Of a stretch of 64,000 nt of DNA, positions 26,236 through 36,461 are shown one piece after another. Positions within the stretch are counted from its first letter, which is position 1. Each line of letters opens with the position of its first letter. The position numbers were made by a program, and so were the translations under genes. The notes beneath the pieces were generated by a model. The model searched no databases and was not told the origin of the DNA. It saw only the letters and a list, made by a program, of their open reading frames with translations. This DNA comes from Paenibacillaceae bacterium (lineage in GTDB: Bacteria; Bacillota; Bacilli; Paenibacillales; UBA4045). The DNA lies in contig JBBDIY010000058.1 of assembly GCA_040880185.1 (NCBI GenBank), positions 8,046-72,045 on the forward strand, read 5' to 3'.

Positions 26236-28050
26236 ATGTTTATCGTACTCGTTAAGTTAAGATGGTTTTTCAAATTACATTGGAAGCGATATACATCGGC
26301 TTTATTGCTCCTTACGGTGGCAGGTATCTTTGATGTGATTCCGGCGAAGCTGATCGGATTTCTTATAGATGGAATTAGTCGTGAAGAATTTAGCAGCTCA
26401 GAATTATTCAAGTGGATCATGTTTTGGTTTGCTGTGACGGTGCTCAGTTATTTCATATCATATGTATGGTTTTATCAATTGTTCGGAGGGGCATTCGTGC
26501 TTGAGCGGACACTTCGTACGAAGCTGATGAAGCACTTTCTGCGGATGACACCGACGTTCTATGAGCGGAATCGAACCGGAAATTTGATGGCACGAGCAAC
26601 GAATGACTTGGGAGCGGTTTCCACAACCGCGGGCTTCGGCATTCTGACTTTGATCGACTCGACGCTATTCCTGTTGACGATTCTGATTACAATGGCGGTG
26701 TTCATTAATTGGCAGCTCACGTTGGTTGCAGTGCTTCCACTCCCGATGATCGCCTTTATTATTGCCCGCTATGGCAAGCTCATCCACGAACGCTTTATCC
26801 ATGCTCAGGATGCCTTCGGCGATATGAATGATCAGGTGCTCGAGACCATCTCTGGCGTCCGTGTCATTCGTGCTTTCGTTCAGGAGGAAGCAAGTGGGAA
26901 GAAGTTCGACGACCTAACCCAGGATGTATTACGTAAGAATATTGCCGTAGCCCGCATCGATGCCCTCTTTGATCCAACGATCAAAATTGTGGTGGGACTT
27001 AGTTACTTAATTGGGCTATGTTATGGCGGTTACATGGTGTTTCACAGTGTGATTGCGATTGGAGAGCTCGTTTCCTTTAATATTTTCCTAGGGATGCTCA
27101 TATGGCCGATGTTTGCGATGGGGGAACTGATCAATATCATGCAACGGGGTAATGCCTCGCTCGATCGGGTGCAGGAGACGCTTGGCTATAAGCCTGATGT
27201 CGTAGATGTGTTGGCACCGATTAAGCCGGATTTCCCAGACCATATCGCTTTCGAGCATGTTACCTTCCGTTATCCATCCTCTTCAATTGATAATCTGATG
27301 GATATATCCTTCCAGCTCATGAAGGGGCAGACGTTAGGCATTGTCGGTCGAACAGGGAGTGGCAAGACCACGATATTGAAGCAATTATTACGCGAATATC
27401 CGGCGGGTACGGGTCATGTTCGCATGGCGGGCGTACCTATCGATCAATTGGAAAGAGACCAACTCCATAGCTGGATGGGCTATGTACCTCAGCAGCCGGT
27501 GTTATTCTCTCGTACGATTCGTGAGAATATTGCCTTCGGACTCGCAGGAGAACAAGGCGACGATCAGGATAGCGTAAGTAATCTTGAAAGTGATCGTGAT
27601 CGTGATCGTGATCGTGATCGTGAAAGGCTCGACAAATCGTTACAGCTTGCTTCCTTCAGCAAGGATATCCAATTCCTGCCGAATGGCTTGGATACCCTTG
27701 TTGGAGAGAAGGGGGTTGCCCTATCGGGTGGGCAGAAGCAGCGCATTTCTATTGCTCGTGCGATGTACATAGATCCCGAAATCCTTATTCTCGACGATGC
27801 CTTATCAGCTGTAGATGCGAAGACCGAGGTGGAGATTATCGAGCGAATCCGCGAGGAACGTGCAGGTAAGACCACGCTAATCACCACCCACCGCTTGTCG
27901 GCTGTACAGCATGCGAGTTGGATTGTCGTCCTCGATGCTGGCGCGATTGTCGAAGAAGGAACACACGAGCAGCTGCTCGAACATGGTGGTTGGTACAAGG
28001 AGCAATATGATCGTCAGCAGATCGAGGCTTGGATAGAGAAGCAAGCGTAA
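26236..28050 (+). CDS. ABC exporter, fused permease/ATPase (YfiB-like), with an acidic DR-repeat insertion in the NBD
   Basis: Walker A GRTGSGKTT, signature LSGGQKQR, Walker B LILDDALS. The insert is ...ESDRDRDRDRDRER... Confidence 0.9.
   Translation: MFIVLVKLRWFFKLHWKRYTSALLLLTVAGIFDVIPAKLIGFLIDGISREEFSSSELFKWIMFWFAVTVLSYFISYVWFYQLFGGAFVLERTLRTKLMKHFLRMTPTFYERNRTGNLMARATNDLGAVSTTAGFGILTLIDSTLFLLTILITMAVFINWQLTLVAVLPLPMIAFIIARYGKLIHERFIHAQDAFGDMNDQVLETISGVRVIRAFVQEEASGKKFDDLTQDVLRKNIAVARIDALFDPTIKIVVGLSYLIGLCYGGYMVFHSVIAIGELVSFNIFLGMLIWPMFAMGELINIMQRGNASLDRVQETLGYKPDVVDVLAPIKPDFPDHIAFEHVTFRYPSSSIDNLMDISFQLMKGQTLGIVGRTGSGKTTILKQLLREYPAGTGHVRMAGVPIDQLERDQLHSWMGYVPQQPVLFSRTIRENIAFGLAGEQGDDQDSVSNLESDRDRDRDRDRERLDKSLQLASFSKDIQFLPNGLDTLVGEKGVALSGGQKQRISIARAMYIDPEILILDDALSAVDAKTEVEIIERIREERAGKTTLITTHRLSAVQHASWIVVLDAGAIVEEGTHEQLLEHGGWYKEQYDRQQIEAWIEKQA
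27591..27623. repeat. Hexanucleotide microsatellite (TGATCG)x5 inside the ABC gene, encoding (DR)5
   Basis: Five perfect tandem copies at 27591-27620 plus a partial TGA. Confidence 0.95.
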
Positions 28051-28136
28051 CCGCAGACCGATACCGCAGACCGATAATGCAGATTGGAAACCGCAGACTG
28101 CGACGAATATACATGAGAAGATTGTAGGTGTGTCGA

Positions 28137-30134
28137 ATGGGACGGACAGGACAACGATTATTCCGGTATGCTGGATACTATAGGAAGTCGATCATACTAG
28201 CCCTGATACTATTATCGATTGCTGTTTGCGCTGAGCTAGTAGGACCACTGATTGCCAGACAAGTGATCGATAACAACATCACCGGTATTGAGAAGGAGTG
28301 GAAAGTCACTACCTCTCGTGATCATTACGCAGTGCTCTATAACGGGCAATGGTACAAACGAGCTGATCACTTTGCAACAGGGGAGCTGCAAGGGAAAACG
28401 GTACGTATATTACAGGTAGCAAAAGCTTTCTACTATATAGAAGACACTGTACCTGATCATGGTCTTAGAAGTGTGAAGAACAATCAGCTAACGCTTACCA
28501 TCAATGGTAAGCAGGCGATATATCCCGCACAGAAGATCAGTGCTCGTGAGCTCTATGCCTTCTATAAACCTGAGTTAGGTAGCATGTTGAGATTAGCTTT
28601 TTTCTACTTCGCCCTGCTTATTGTGAGTGCAATATTCACTTATGGTCAGAGGTATTTACTACAAGTATCTGCGAATAAGATAATAAGGCGTATACGTAAT
28701 GACGTATTCAGACAAATCCAGCGACTTCCGGTCCGTTACTTCGATAATCTACCAGCTGGCAAAGTCGTATCGCGGATAACGAATGATACAGAAGCGATTC
28801 GTGAGCTGTATGTATCGGTACTGGCTAATTTTTTCTCGGGAATCATTTATATAACAGCTATTTATGGTGCATTGATCTTACTCGATCCGAAGCTAGCACT
28901 TATTGCATCTCCGCTCATACCTATTCTGGTGGTCTGGATTATCGTCTATCGCAAATTCGCTTCTCGCTATAATCATCGGATCCGCACGAGGCTCAGTGAT
29001 ATTAATGGAATGATCAATGAATCGATCCAAGGTATGCCGATTATTCAAGCGTTTCGACGTCAGAAGTCGACAATGAAAGAGTTTGAGGAGATTAATGATG
29101 ACTATTTCAAATACCAGAATAAGCTGCTCAGCTTAAATTCGCTCACGTCGCATAACTTACTTAATGTGATCAGAAATCTGATATTTCTTGTTGTCATCTG
29201 GTTTTTTGCTGGAGATTGGCTGGGCACAGTTGTGACGATCGGTGTATTATTCGCCTTTATCGATTACATGAATCGCATGTTCCAGCCCATCGTGAACATC
29301 GTCAATCAACTGTCGAATCTGGAGACAGCACGCGTATCGGCGGAGCGTGTGTTCGAGCTGCTGGATGCAGATGGCGTTGATGTCGCATCAGGTGACTCCG
29401 TTCGCTACAAGGGACACGTTCGATTCGAGGATGTATCCTTCGCGTATATCCCGGAGGAGGATGTATTGAAGCACATTACATTCGAAGCTAATCATGGAGA
29501 GACGGTTGCCCTTGTAGGGCACACAGGATCTGGTAAGAGCTCAATCCTCAATTTATTGTTCCGTTTCTATGATGTCGAACGAGGTAGAATTATTGTGGCT
29601 GGGCAAGATATCCTCAGTATCCCGAAGCAGCAATTGCGCCATCATATGGGCATTGTGCTACAGGACCCGTTCTTGTTCACCGGAACGATTGCCTCGAATG
29701 TGAGTTTAGATGATCCAACGATCAGTCGCGAGCGAGTAGAGCAGGCTCTGCGGGATGTCGGCGCGTACGAGATGTTTATGAGCTTGCCGCAAGGAATCGA
29801 TGAACCCGTCATCGAGAAGGGGAGTACGTTGTCGGGTGGACAACGTCAACTGATTTCTTTTGCCCGGGCATTGGCATTCGATCCTGTGATCTTGATCTTG
29901 GATGAGGCGACTGCGAGTATTGATTCGGAGACTGAGTCGATCATTCAGCGTGCCTTGGACGTATTGAAGCAGGGTAGGACGACATTCATTATTGCCCACA
30001 GACTATCAACGATTCGGAATGCCGATCAAATTCTTGTCATGGACCATGGGCGCATTATGGAGCGTGGCAACCACGATCAACTCATGGGAGCTGAGGGATT
30101 ATATTATCAGATGCATAAGCTCCAATCGACATGA
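28137..30134 (+). CDS. ABC exporter, fused permease/ATPase (YfiC-like) with ~100-aa extracytoplasmic insert after TM1
   Basis: Walker A GHTGSGKSS, signature LSGGQRQL, Walker B LILDEATA. An alternative GTG start is at 28128. Confidence 0.9.
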   Translation: MGRTGQRLFRYAGYYRKSIILALILLSIAVCAELVGPLIARQVIDNNITGIEKEWKVTTSRDHYAVLYNGQWYKRADHFATGELQGKTVRILQVAKAFYYIEDTVPDHGLRSVKNNQLTLTINGKQAIYPAQKISARELYAFYKPELGSMLRLAFFYFALLIVSAIFTYGQRYLLQVSANKIIRRIRNDVFRQIQRLPVRYFDNLPAGKVVSRITNDTEAIRELYVSVLANFFSGIIYITAIYGALILLDPKLALIASPLIPILVVWIIVYRKFASRYNHRIRTRLSDINGMINESIQGMPIIQAFRRQKSTMKEFEEINDDYFKYQNKLLSLNSLTSHNLLNVIRNLIFLVVIWFFAGDWLGTVVTIGVLFAFIDYMNRMFQPIVNIVNQLSNLETARVSAERVFELLDADGVDVASGDSVRYKGHVRFEDVSFAYIPEEDVLKHITFEANHGETVALVGHTGSGKSSILNLLFRFYDVERGRIIVAGQDILSIPKQQLRHHMGIVLQDPFLFTGTIASNVSLDDPTISRERVEQALRDVGAYEMFMSLPQGIDEPVIEKGSTLSGGQRQLISFARALAFDPVILILDEATASIDSETESIIQRALDVLKQGRTTFIIAHRLSTIRNADQILVMDHGRIMERGNHDQLMGAEGLYYQMHKLQST

Positions 30135-30339
30135 ATCTTGGAGGTGTTTTGAAATTTCTGTCGAAAGAATAAATAGTAAGAAAATTCGTATAATTCTAGG
30201 ATAAACATCTTAGCCGTCCTTTAAGGACGAACAAGTTTACCGTTGACGACATAAAGAAAGTTAAGTGAAAACTTATACTTTCTTATTCGTTAGAATGAGC
30301 TAGACCTAGAGAGAGAAAATAATCGGATGAGGTGAGTGG

Positions 30340-32865
30340 ATGGAGCCTACGGCGAAGCGCAAGTGGATGGATTTCCTACCTCAAGAGATTAGCAGACTAA
30401 GTGATTTGGCGTACAATCTGTGGTTTGGTGGAAGTGAGAACGCGAAGCAATTGTTCCAGATGATCGATGAGGTCAAGTGGGATGAGATGAAGAATAACCC
30501 AGTTCGACTTCTCATTGACACGCCATTAGATCGTTGGTCACAGCTGTTGAAGGACGCTGTTTTCATGGAGAAATATGCGTTGGTCATACAGAAGTTTGAT
30601 GACTACATGAGCGCATCAACGTGGTTTCAACAGCAATATCCGAACTTCGAAGGAAAGTGTGCCTACTTCTCCGCGGAATTTGGCTTTCATGAGTCATTAC
30701 CGATCTATTCGGGTGGCTTAGGCATCCTGGCGGGGGATCATTGTAAGTCGGCTAGTGATTTAGGTGTTCCATTAATTGGTGTTGGATTGTTGTATAAGAA
30801 GGGATACTTTCGCCAGAAGTTTAATAGCGAGGGCAGACAGCATGCTGACTTCTTTGAATATATTTTTGAGAAATTGCCGATTCAGCCTGTTGAAGTTGAT
30901 GGCCAAGAGCTCGTCATTCAGGTAACCTTACCCGGGCGGGATATTCAGCTTAAGGTATGGCAGGTGCAGGTCGGTCGAATGGTCGTATACTTGCTGGATT
31001 CCGATGTGCAGACCAATTCTCTGCAAGATCGCGAGTTAACAGCTCAATTATACGGCGGGAACCATGAGACACGGATTCAGCAGGAAATCTTATTAGGTGT
31101 CGGTGGAATACGGATGCTCCGCGGTCTCGGTATCTTCCCGAAATCTTATCATATCAACGAAGGACACGCAGCATTCATCTCATTGGAACGTCTAAGAGAA
31201 TATATTCATCAGGGGATTCGCTACCCGAATGCACTCGAATTAATTCGCTCGAGCACGATCTTCACAACGCATACACCTGTTCCTGCAGGGCATGATGTGT
31301 TCCCAATGAGTACCTTTGAGTATCATATGGGTCCATTGCTCAGTAAGATGGAAGCCGAGCGAGATCGGATCATTAAGTTTGTTCATGACCCCGAGAAGGA
31401 TCAATATAATATGACGTTCCTAGGCTTGAACACATCGGTTTATCGTAATGGTGTGAGCAAGTTACACGGCCATGTTTCCCGGGAAATGTTCCACGGCTTT
31501 CATGGGAGTATGCTACTAGATGAAGTGCCCATCGAGTCGATTACGAATGGTGTCCATCTGAAAACTTGGATTTCCAAGGAATTGAAGGACCTGTTCTCAA
31601 GCTATCTGCCTGACAATTGGCAGCTGAGTCAAACCGATCCCGAAGTCTGGAAAGCATTGGATCAATTACCGAACGAATTACTATGGAATGAACATATGAA
31701 CTTGAAGGGAAAGCTAATTGACCATGCCCGAGCTAATATCGAGCTACAACGCAGACGCAATGGGGAATCGGATGATCGTATTCAAGAGGTTCAGTCGTTC
31801 CTGGATCCGAAGGTACTGACGATCGGATTTGCTCGTCGATTCGCCACGTATAAGCGTTCTACGATGATATTCAGTGATCTCGATCGGCTTAGTAGGATGG
31901 TCAATGACCCTGTGCGACCGGTGCAGTTCGTGTTCGCGGGCAAGTCGCATCCTGCCGATCATCCCGGGCAAGAGCTCATACGGGAAATCTATCAGATTTC
32001 TCAGCAAGAGCAGTTCAAGGGGAAAATTGTCATACTAGAAAATTATGATATCAAGCTCGCCCGTTCACTCGTGCAAGGTGTCGATGTGTGGCTGAATAAC
32101 CCAAAGCGTCCTCTCGAAGCCAGTGGAACGAGCGGTATGAAGGCGGCCTTCAACGGCGTTATTAACTTCAGCGTGCTCGATGGCTGGTGGGAGGAAGGGT
32201 ATAACGGCGAGAACGGCTGGGAAATCACCTCGAATTATAATGCACCGGCGGATGTACAGGAGCATGAGAATACGATTTCGCTCTACGATACATTAGAGAA
32301 TCAGATCGTTCCGATGTATTATAATCAGCATAATGGTCTGTCCGAACAGTGGGTAGGCCGCATGAAGAATTCGATCCAATCGCTAGCTCCCGTGTACAAT
32401 ACGGATCGAATGGTACAAGATTATACGAATCATTATTATGTCCCTACAGCTGAACGATTTGATCGATTTAATAGCAATGAAGCGGAGATTGCACTCCGAT
32501 TTGCTGATTATAAAGCGAATATCTCAGAGCACTGGCATTTGGTACGATTCGTCTGGATTAACGATCAAGTCGAGCATCTAGGCAATGGGATGAAGACCAT
32601 TGGCGCCGTCATTCATATGGGTGCCATCCCAGCCTATCATGTGAAGGTAGAAGCGATCTATCACGAGGAGCGGGAGGGCAAGTGGACTCCAGTTGTGGTA
32701 CCACTGGAATTTCACCACGGCGCTACTAACGATGACCTAGAATATCGCGGAACCATCCCGGATAATCTGAGCCATGCTTCACATTATACCGTGCGTATTC
32801 GACCTCATCATCCAGAGTTTGCACATCCATTTGATCTCCCACTCATGGTTCGATCCTGGGTGTAG
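30340..32865 (+). CDS. glgP: Alpha-glucan (glycogen/maltodextrin) phosphorylase, GT35 family
   Basis: 841 aa. Blocks YFSAEFG, GGLGILAGDH, EASGTSGMKAAFNG (PLP-Lys region). Confidence 0.9.
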   Translation: MEPTAKRKWMDFLPQEISRLSDLAYNLWFGGSENAKQLFQMIDEVKWDEMKNNPVRLLIDTPLDRWSQLLKDAVFMEKYALVIQKFDDYMSASTWFQQQYPNFEGKCAYFSAEFGFHESLPIYSGGLGILAGDHCKSASDLGVPLIGVGLLYKKGYFRQKFNSEGRQHADFFEYIFEKLPIQPVEVDGQELVIQVTLPGRDIQLKVWQVQVGRMVVYLLDSDVQTNSLQDRELTAQLYGGNHETRIQQEILLGVGGIRMLRGLGIFPKSYHINEGHAAFISLERLREYIHQGIRYPNALELIRSSTIFTTHTPVPAGHDVFPMSTFEYHMGPLLSKMEAERDRIIKFVHDPEKDQYNMTFLGLNTSVYRNGVSKLHGHVSREMFHGFHGSMLLDEVPIESITNGVHLKTWISKELKDLFSSYLPDNWQLSQTDPEVWKALDQLPNELLWNEHMNLKGKLIDHARANIELQRRRNGESDDRIQEVQSFLDPKVLTIGFARRFATYKRSTMIFSDLDRLSRMVNDPVRPVQFVFAGKSHPADHPGQELIREIYQISQQEQFKGKIVILENYDIKLARSLVQGVDVWLNNPKRPLEASGTSGMKAAFNGVINFSVLDGWWEEGYNGENGWEITSNYNAPADVQEHENTISLYDTLENQIVPMYYNQHNGLSEQWVGRMKNSIQSLAPVYNTDRMVQDYTNHYYVPTAERFDRFNSNEAEIALRFADYKANISEHWHLVRFVWINDQVEHLGNGMKTIGAVIHMGAIPAYHVKVEAIYHEEREGKWTPVVVPLEFHHGATNDDLEYRGTIPDNLSHASHYTVRIRPHHPEFAHPFDLPLMVRSWV

Positions 32866-32867
32866 GG

Positions 32868-32916
32868 AGCAAGTAAGAAGCATGCGTGAGTTATTCACGC
32901 ATGCTTCTTGCTTGCT
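32868..32916 (+). terminator. Rho-independent terminator of glgP
   Basis: 22-bp stem (1 mismatch) centred on GCGTGA-GTTAT-TCACGC, followed by TTTTC. Confidence 0.8.
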
Positions 32917-33190
32917 TTTCAAGAAATTAATTCCCAGTTTACTCCTCAAGCTAGCTGTTCAACTAATCGGCTCACAAATTAAGGGATTTTCTGCACCTAA
33001 TTCTACTCAACTTTCCTTATTCTCCCGATCTAAGTGCATTTCTGCACCTAATATCATTTTTTACCTTCTCACCACTGAAATAGGTGCATTTCCGCTCTTA
33101 GTTCATTAGTGAACGATCTTTAATAGCAATTCAATCCGATTACCCAATCTTTAAATCGATTATGTTACGAATATAAGCATCCAAGTAGTT

Positions 33191-33766
33191 TCACCAGAAA
33201 ATTAATCGAATACCCCCGAGAGCAGCGAACATAAGGATAATCAATTGAAAATACTTCTGAGGAATTAACGGGAGTATTCGGATTCCGAGAAATGCACCCA
33301 CGACAATGGTAGGCACCATCCAAGAGTTAAACCATAAGGATTGAGGGGTTATAAGCCCTAATCCGACACTAAAGGGAACCTTGATAAGGTTAACTGAAAG
33401 GAAGAACCACGCATTCGTGCCAATGAAGTCTTGTTTATTCGACCCTTTGGAGAACAAGTATATGGCCATGATCGCTCCCGCTGCGTTACCGACCATGGTG
33501 GTGAAGCCAAGCACTATACCAATGAGTACCCAAGGGATGAGTGAAATCAGATGCTTCCAGATAACCGTTTTCCTATAATAAATAACGGCAATAATGTCCG
33601 CGGTAATTAGCATGGGTAGGACGATACCGGTTGACTCCTTGGTGGGGAAAATCGATGCCATCAGGACGATAACGAAGATGCCTGCGCTCGGAAATCCAGC
33701 CTTCGAAAATCCAATCAATACGGAAGCTATTAGGGCAATTACAATCTGAATCCATTCAAACTCCAT
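33191..33766 (-). CDS. TauE/SafE-family anion exporter-like membrane protein (short, 191 aa)
   Basis: Glycine-rich TM motifs (GFSKAGFPSAG, MVGNAAGAIMAIYL). Shorter than the ~250 aa I would expect for this family. Confidence 0.6.
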   Translation of the reverse strand: MEFEWIQIVIALIASVLIGFSKAGFPSAGIFVIVLMASIFPTKESTGIVLPMLITADIIAVIYYRKTVIWKHLISLIPWVLIGIVLGFTTMVGNAAGAIMAIYLFSKGSNKQDFIGTNAWFFLSVNLIKVPFSVGLGLITPQSLWFNSWMVPTIVVGAFLGIRILPLIPQKYFQLIILMFAALGGIRLIFW

Positions 33767-33837
33767 TATGAATTCTCCGTTGTCTTAGGTATGTAAAGAA
33801 GGAGAGGTGCCAATAGAGCAACTCCCCCATTCATCTT

Positions 33838-34284
33838 CTATTCAAACAAGCTTATATATTGCTCGTAGCCTTTGGCCTTAAGCTCAGCTTTCGGTATAAA
33901 GAGCATCGATGCAGAATTCATACAATATCGTAAGCCTCCCGCAGACTTAGGTCCATCATTGAACACATGACCTAGGTGAGAGTCAGCACGTTTACTGCGC
34001 ACTTCCGTACGCACCGCGAACAGGCTCCGATCCTCGATTAAGGTGATATTATTGCTATTCAACGGTTTCGTGTAGCTGGGCCATCCTGTACCGGAGTCGA
34101 ATTTGTCGTGGGAGCTGAATAGAGGCTCTCCCGAGACAACATCTACGTAAATTCCTTCCTCCTTGAGATCCCAATACTCATTGTGAAAAGGTCGCTCTGT
34201 TCCTTCATTCTGGGTTACCTCAAATTGCTCCTTACTAAGTTCCTTTAGCTTATTTTGCTTATTGAAATTACTGTATTCACCCAT
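33838..34284 (-). CDS. msrB: Peptide-methionine (R)-S-oxide reductase MsrB
   Basis: Blocks [41 protein letters not shown]. Start chosen at ATG 34284 (AAGGTGG RBS) rather than 34332. Confidence 0.9.
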   Translation of the reverse strand: MGEYSNFNKQNKLKELSKEQFEVTQNEGTERPFHNEYWDLKEEGIYVDVVSGEPLFSSHDKFDSGTGWPSYTKPLNSNNITLIEDRSLFAVRTEVRSKRADSHLGHVFNDGPKSAGGLRYCMNSASMLFIPKAELKAKGYEQYISLFE

Positions 34285-34469
34285 TCGAGATTCCACCTTT
34301 CTTGAATGACTCTCTAGTCCTTGTGATACCAACTATACATGAGATTGACCTGAATACCAAAGATGACAATAGATTATGCCATCATTACTAATCTATTCAT
34401 ACTCTTCTAACCTTCACCTCTTTCCAAACTACTAGATTTTATGATAAGTTGGAATATATTAACTAACAA

Positions 34470-35402
34470 ATGGGGGGTTATTTAGTGATTCTTAGCTTAG
34501 ACGAGCTAAAAAAGATTAGAACTTTAACTGTTATTGCACTTTTCTCAGATGATGACCTTATGGATACACTAGTACTAAAGGGTGGTAATGCTTTAGAACT
34601 GGCTTATGGTTTTAACTCGCGTTCTTCAGTGGACATAGACCTTTCTATGAGACAAGACTTCTCGGAAATTGGATTAATTGATAACGAACAAATACAGTTA
34701 AAACTACAAACTGTATTGACGAGAACCTTTACTGAATTCAATTATCAAGTATTTGATGTTCATTTAAAAGTAAAGCCAAAAAAAGCAATTCCAACTACTG
34801 AAGACTTTTGGGGTGGCTATGAAGTTAACTTTAAGATTATAGAAATAAATAAATATGATGAATACAAAGGTAATCCTATCAAATTGGCAGCCAAGTCAAT
34901 CCCAGTTAACTCAGAAAAGAAAAACATTAAAATTGACTTTGGCAGATTTGAGTATTGTGGTGACACAACAACTGTAGATTTAGAAGGGTTTACCGTCCCG
35001 ATTTATTCGCCCACGCTCATTATTCTGGAAAAAATAAGAGCCATTTGTCAGCAAATGGGGGAATATCTTGAATACATTGGAAAAGATGAACAATTTGGTA
35101 GACCAAGGCCCAGGGACTTTTATGATATCTATACTATTCTAGAACATCCGGATGTAACAGAAATAAATTTTGAGGATTTGGAAACATTAAGACATTTGAA
35201 GGAATGTTTTAAGGCAAAAAAAGTCCCGCTTGATCTAATTTCCAAAATAAAAGATACATATGAATTCCATAACCAGGATGAATATAAATTAAGAGATAGT
35301 GTAATGAACAAACGTCAATTTAAAGGATTTGATTTCTATTTTTCATATGTGATTAATTTGCTTACAGAAAAGAAATTGATAGAACTTACAGATGTTGCCT
35401 GA
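34470..35402 (+). CDS. AbiEii/AbiGii-family nucleotidyltransferase (type IV TA / abortive-infection toxin-like)
   Basis: LKGGNALELAYGFNSRSSVDIDLS is an NTase G-x-S...D-x-D motif. Also has the RPRDFYDIY block. An alternative in-frame GTG start is at 34485. Lies in an AT-rich islet. Confidence 0.75.
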   Translation: MGGYLVILSLDELKKIRTLTVIALFSDDDLMDTLVLKGGNALELAYGFNSRSSVDIDLSMRQDFSEIGLIDNEQIQLKLQTVLTRTFTEFNYQVFDVHLKVKPKKAIPTTEDFWGGYEVNFKIIEINKYDEYKGNPIKLAAKSIPVNSEKKNIKIDFGRFEYCGDTTTVDLEGFTVPIYSPTLIILEKIRAICQQMGEYLEYIGKDEQFGRPRPRDFYDIYTILEHPDVTEINFEDLETLRHLKECFKAKKVPLDLISKIKDTYEFHNQDEYKLRDSVMNKRQFKGFDFYFSYVINLLTEKKLIELTDVA

Positions 35403-35422
35403 TAATTCTTTCCCGTCAAGAA

Positions 35423-36301
35423 TTACAAGTTTTCCGGAACATATAAATGCCACCTATCCGAATATTCCTTTTTTTGAATATTGTATGTTAAATAAAAATT
35501 ATATTTGATCGGAATGGTTTCGATTAATTTCAAAACAGAGTCTTTGTAACCTGCTCTCTCTAAGTAGAATCCAATGGCCTGATGATACGGATACAAATAA
35601 TTTAGTTTCTGTAAATAAGCTTTGATTTTATTTACAGATACATCTCCTTTGGCTCTTTCGTATATGTTCAGTACCTCACGCACCCCACCACAATATTCAG
35701 GTCTTACTGTGATATCAATTAAAGTCCGTTCTAGGTTTGTTACTCGAATGCCGTTATGCTCAATAACACCTAAGTAATTCGCGAACTTTCCATTTAATAC
35801 GTAGATACGTTGTTCATTGTAATCAAAGTATTGGTTAGTTTGCCTCATCGGCTTTGAAAAAGCCTCATCTATATTTTTTTGGATTAGTTCCGAAACTCTT
35901 CCTTCTTTTTTCTCCAATTGTTCTTTATTTACATATATTGATTTTACAATTTCATCAGTGAGGTCATGAATCGTAGCGGCTGAATAATGACTCAGGTAAA
36001 TATTGGGATAAAGTGCTATAGCCAGTTCCTGAGGAGAAATAATAATGGTTTTTAGATGATAGCGAATTATTGACCTTTTTTCGGATTTCAAATGTATGAC
36101 TTTAATTATTTTTTTTTGTTTAATTAAAAAATCTAAAAAATCATTAACTGTGGTTGCTTCCGGTAATCTCCATTCTTTTTTATACAAAAAAAACGTAGAA
36201 TTAATATCTGCGTTAGATAAAAGTAACCCCTTCGTTTTAATTGCTGCTATAATATCATTTTTGTATAATTCCATAATTTGAAACCGATTTGGGCGTCCCA
36301 T
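35423..36301 (-). CDS. AbiEi-family antitoxin-like transcriptional regulator (convergent with the AbiEii-like gene)
   Basis: Blocks LSHYSAATIHDLTDE, VTNLERTLIDITVRPEYCGGVREVL and YPYHQAIGFYLERAGY resemble the AbiEi C-terminal domain. GGGGGA RBS. Palindromic operators upstream. Confidence 0.65.
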   Translation of the reverse strand: MGRPNRFQIMELYKNDIIAAIKTKGLLLSNADINSTFFLYKKEWRLPEATTVNDFLDFLIKQKKIIKVIHLKSEKRSIIRYHLKTIIISPQELAIALYPNIYLSHYSAATIHDLTDEIVKSIYVNKEQLEKKEGRVSELIQKNIDEAFSKPMRQTNQYFDYNEQRIYVLNGKFANYLGVIEHNGIRVTNLERTLIDITVRPEYCGGVREVLNIYERAKGDVSVNKIKAYLQKLNYLYPYHQAIGFYLERAGYKDSVLKLIETIPIKYNFYLTYNIQKKEYSDRWHLYVPENL

Positions 36302-36331
36302 TAGATCCCCCTGTCAAGGTAATAAGTATCG

Positions 36332-36359
36332 TACCATACGGTGTATACACCGTATGGTA
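36332..36359. promoter_or_regulatory. 28-bp perfect palindrome TACCATACGGTGTATACACCGTATGGTA, 31-58 nt upstream of the AbiEi-like start
   Basis: Verified base by base. Core is GGTGTATACACC. Confidence 0.7.
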
Positions 36360-36433
36360 TCATACAATTAACAAATATACAAGTGTTTCATTGCGATGGA
36401 AAGTGAAAAGCTAAGAATTTTTCTAAAAAACGA

Positions 36434-36461
36434 TATTATGTGGTGTATACACCACATAATA
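36434..36461. promoter_or_regulatory. Second 28-bp perfect palindrome TATTATGTGGTGTATACACCACATAATA with the same GGTGTATACACC core
   Basis: Its centre is 102 bp from the centre of the first palindrome. Confidence 0.65.

Noticed and set aside
27591-27623. Phase-variable on/off switch by repeat slippage in the ABC gene
   Set aside because: The repeat unit is 6 nt, so copy-number change keeps the reading frame. Only insert-length variation is possible.
33191-33766. TauE-like gene as a pseudogene with an internal deletion
   Set aside because: The ORF is intact with a plausible 6-TM layout. Shortness alone does not prove decay. It needs alignment to family members.
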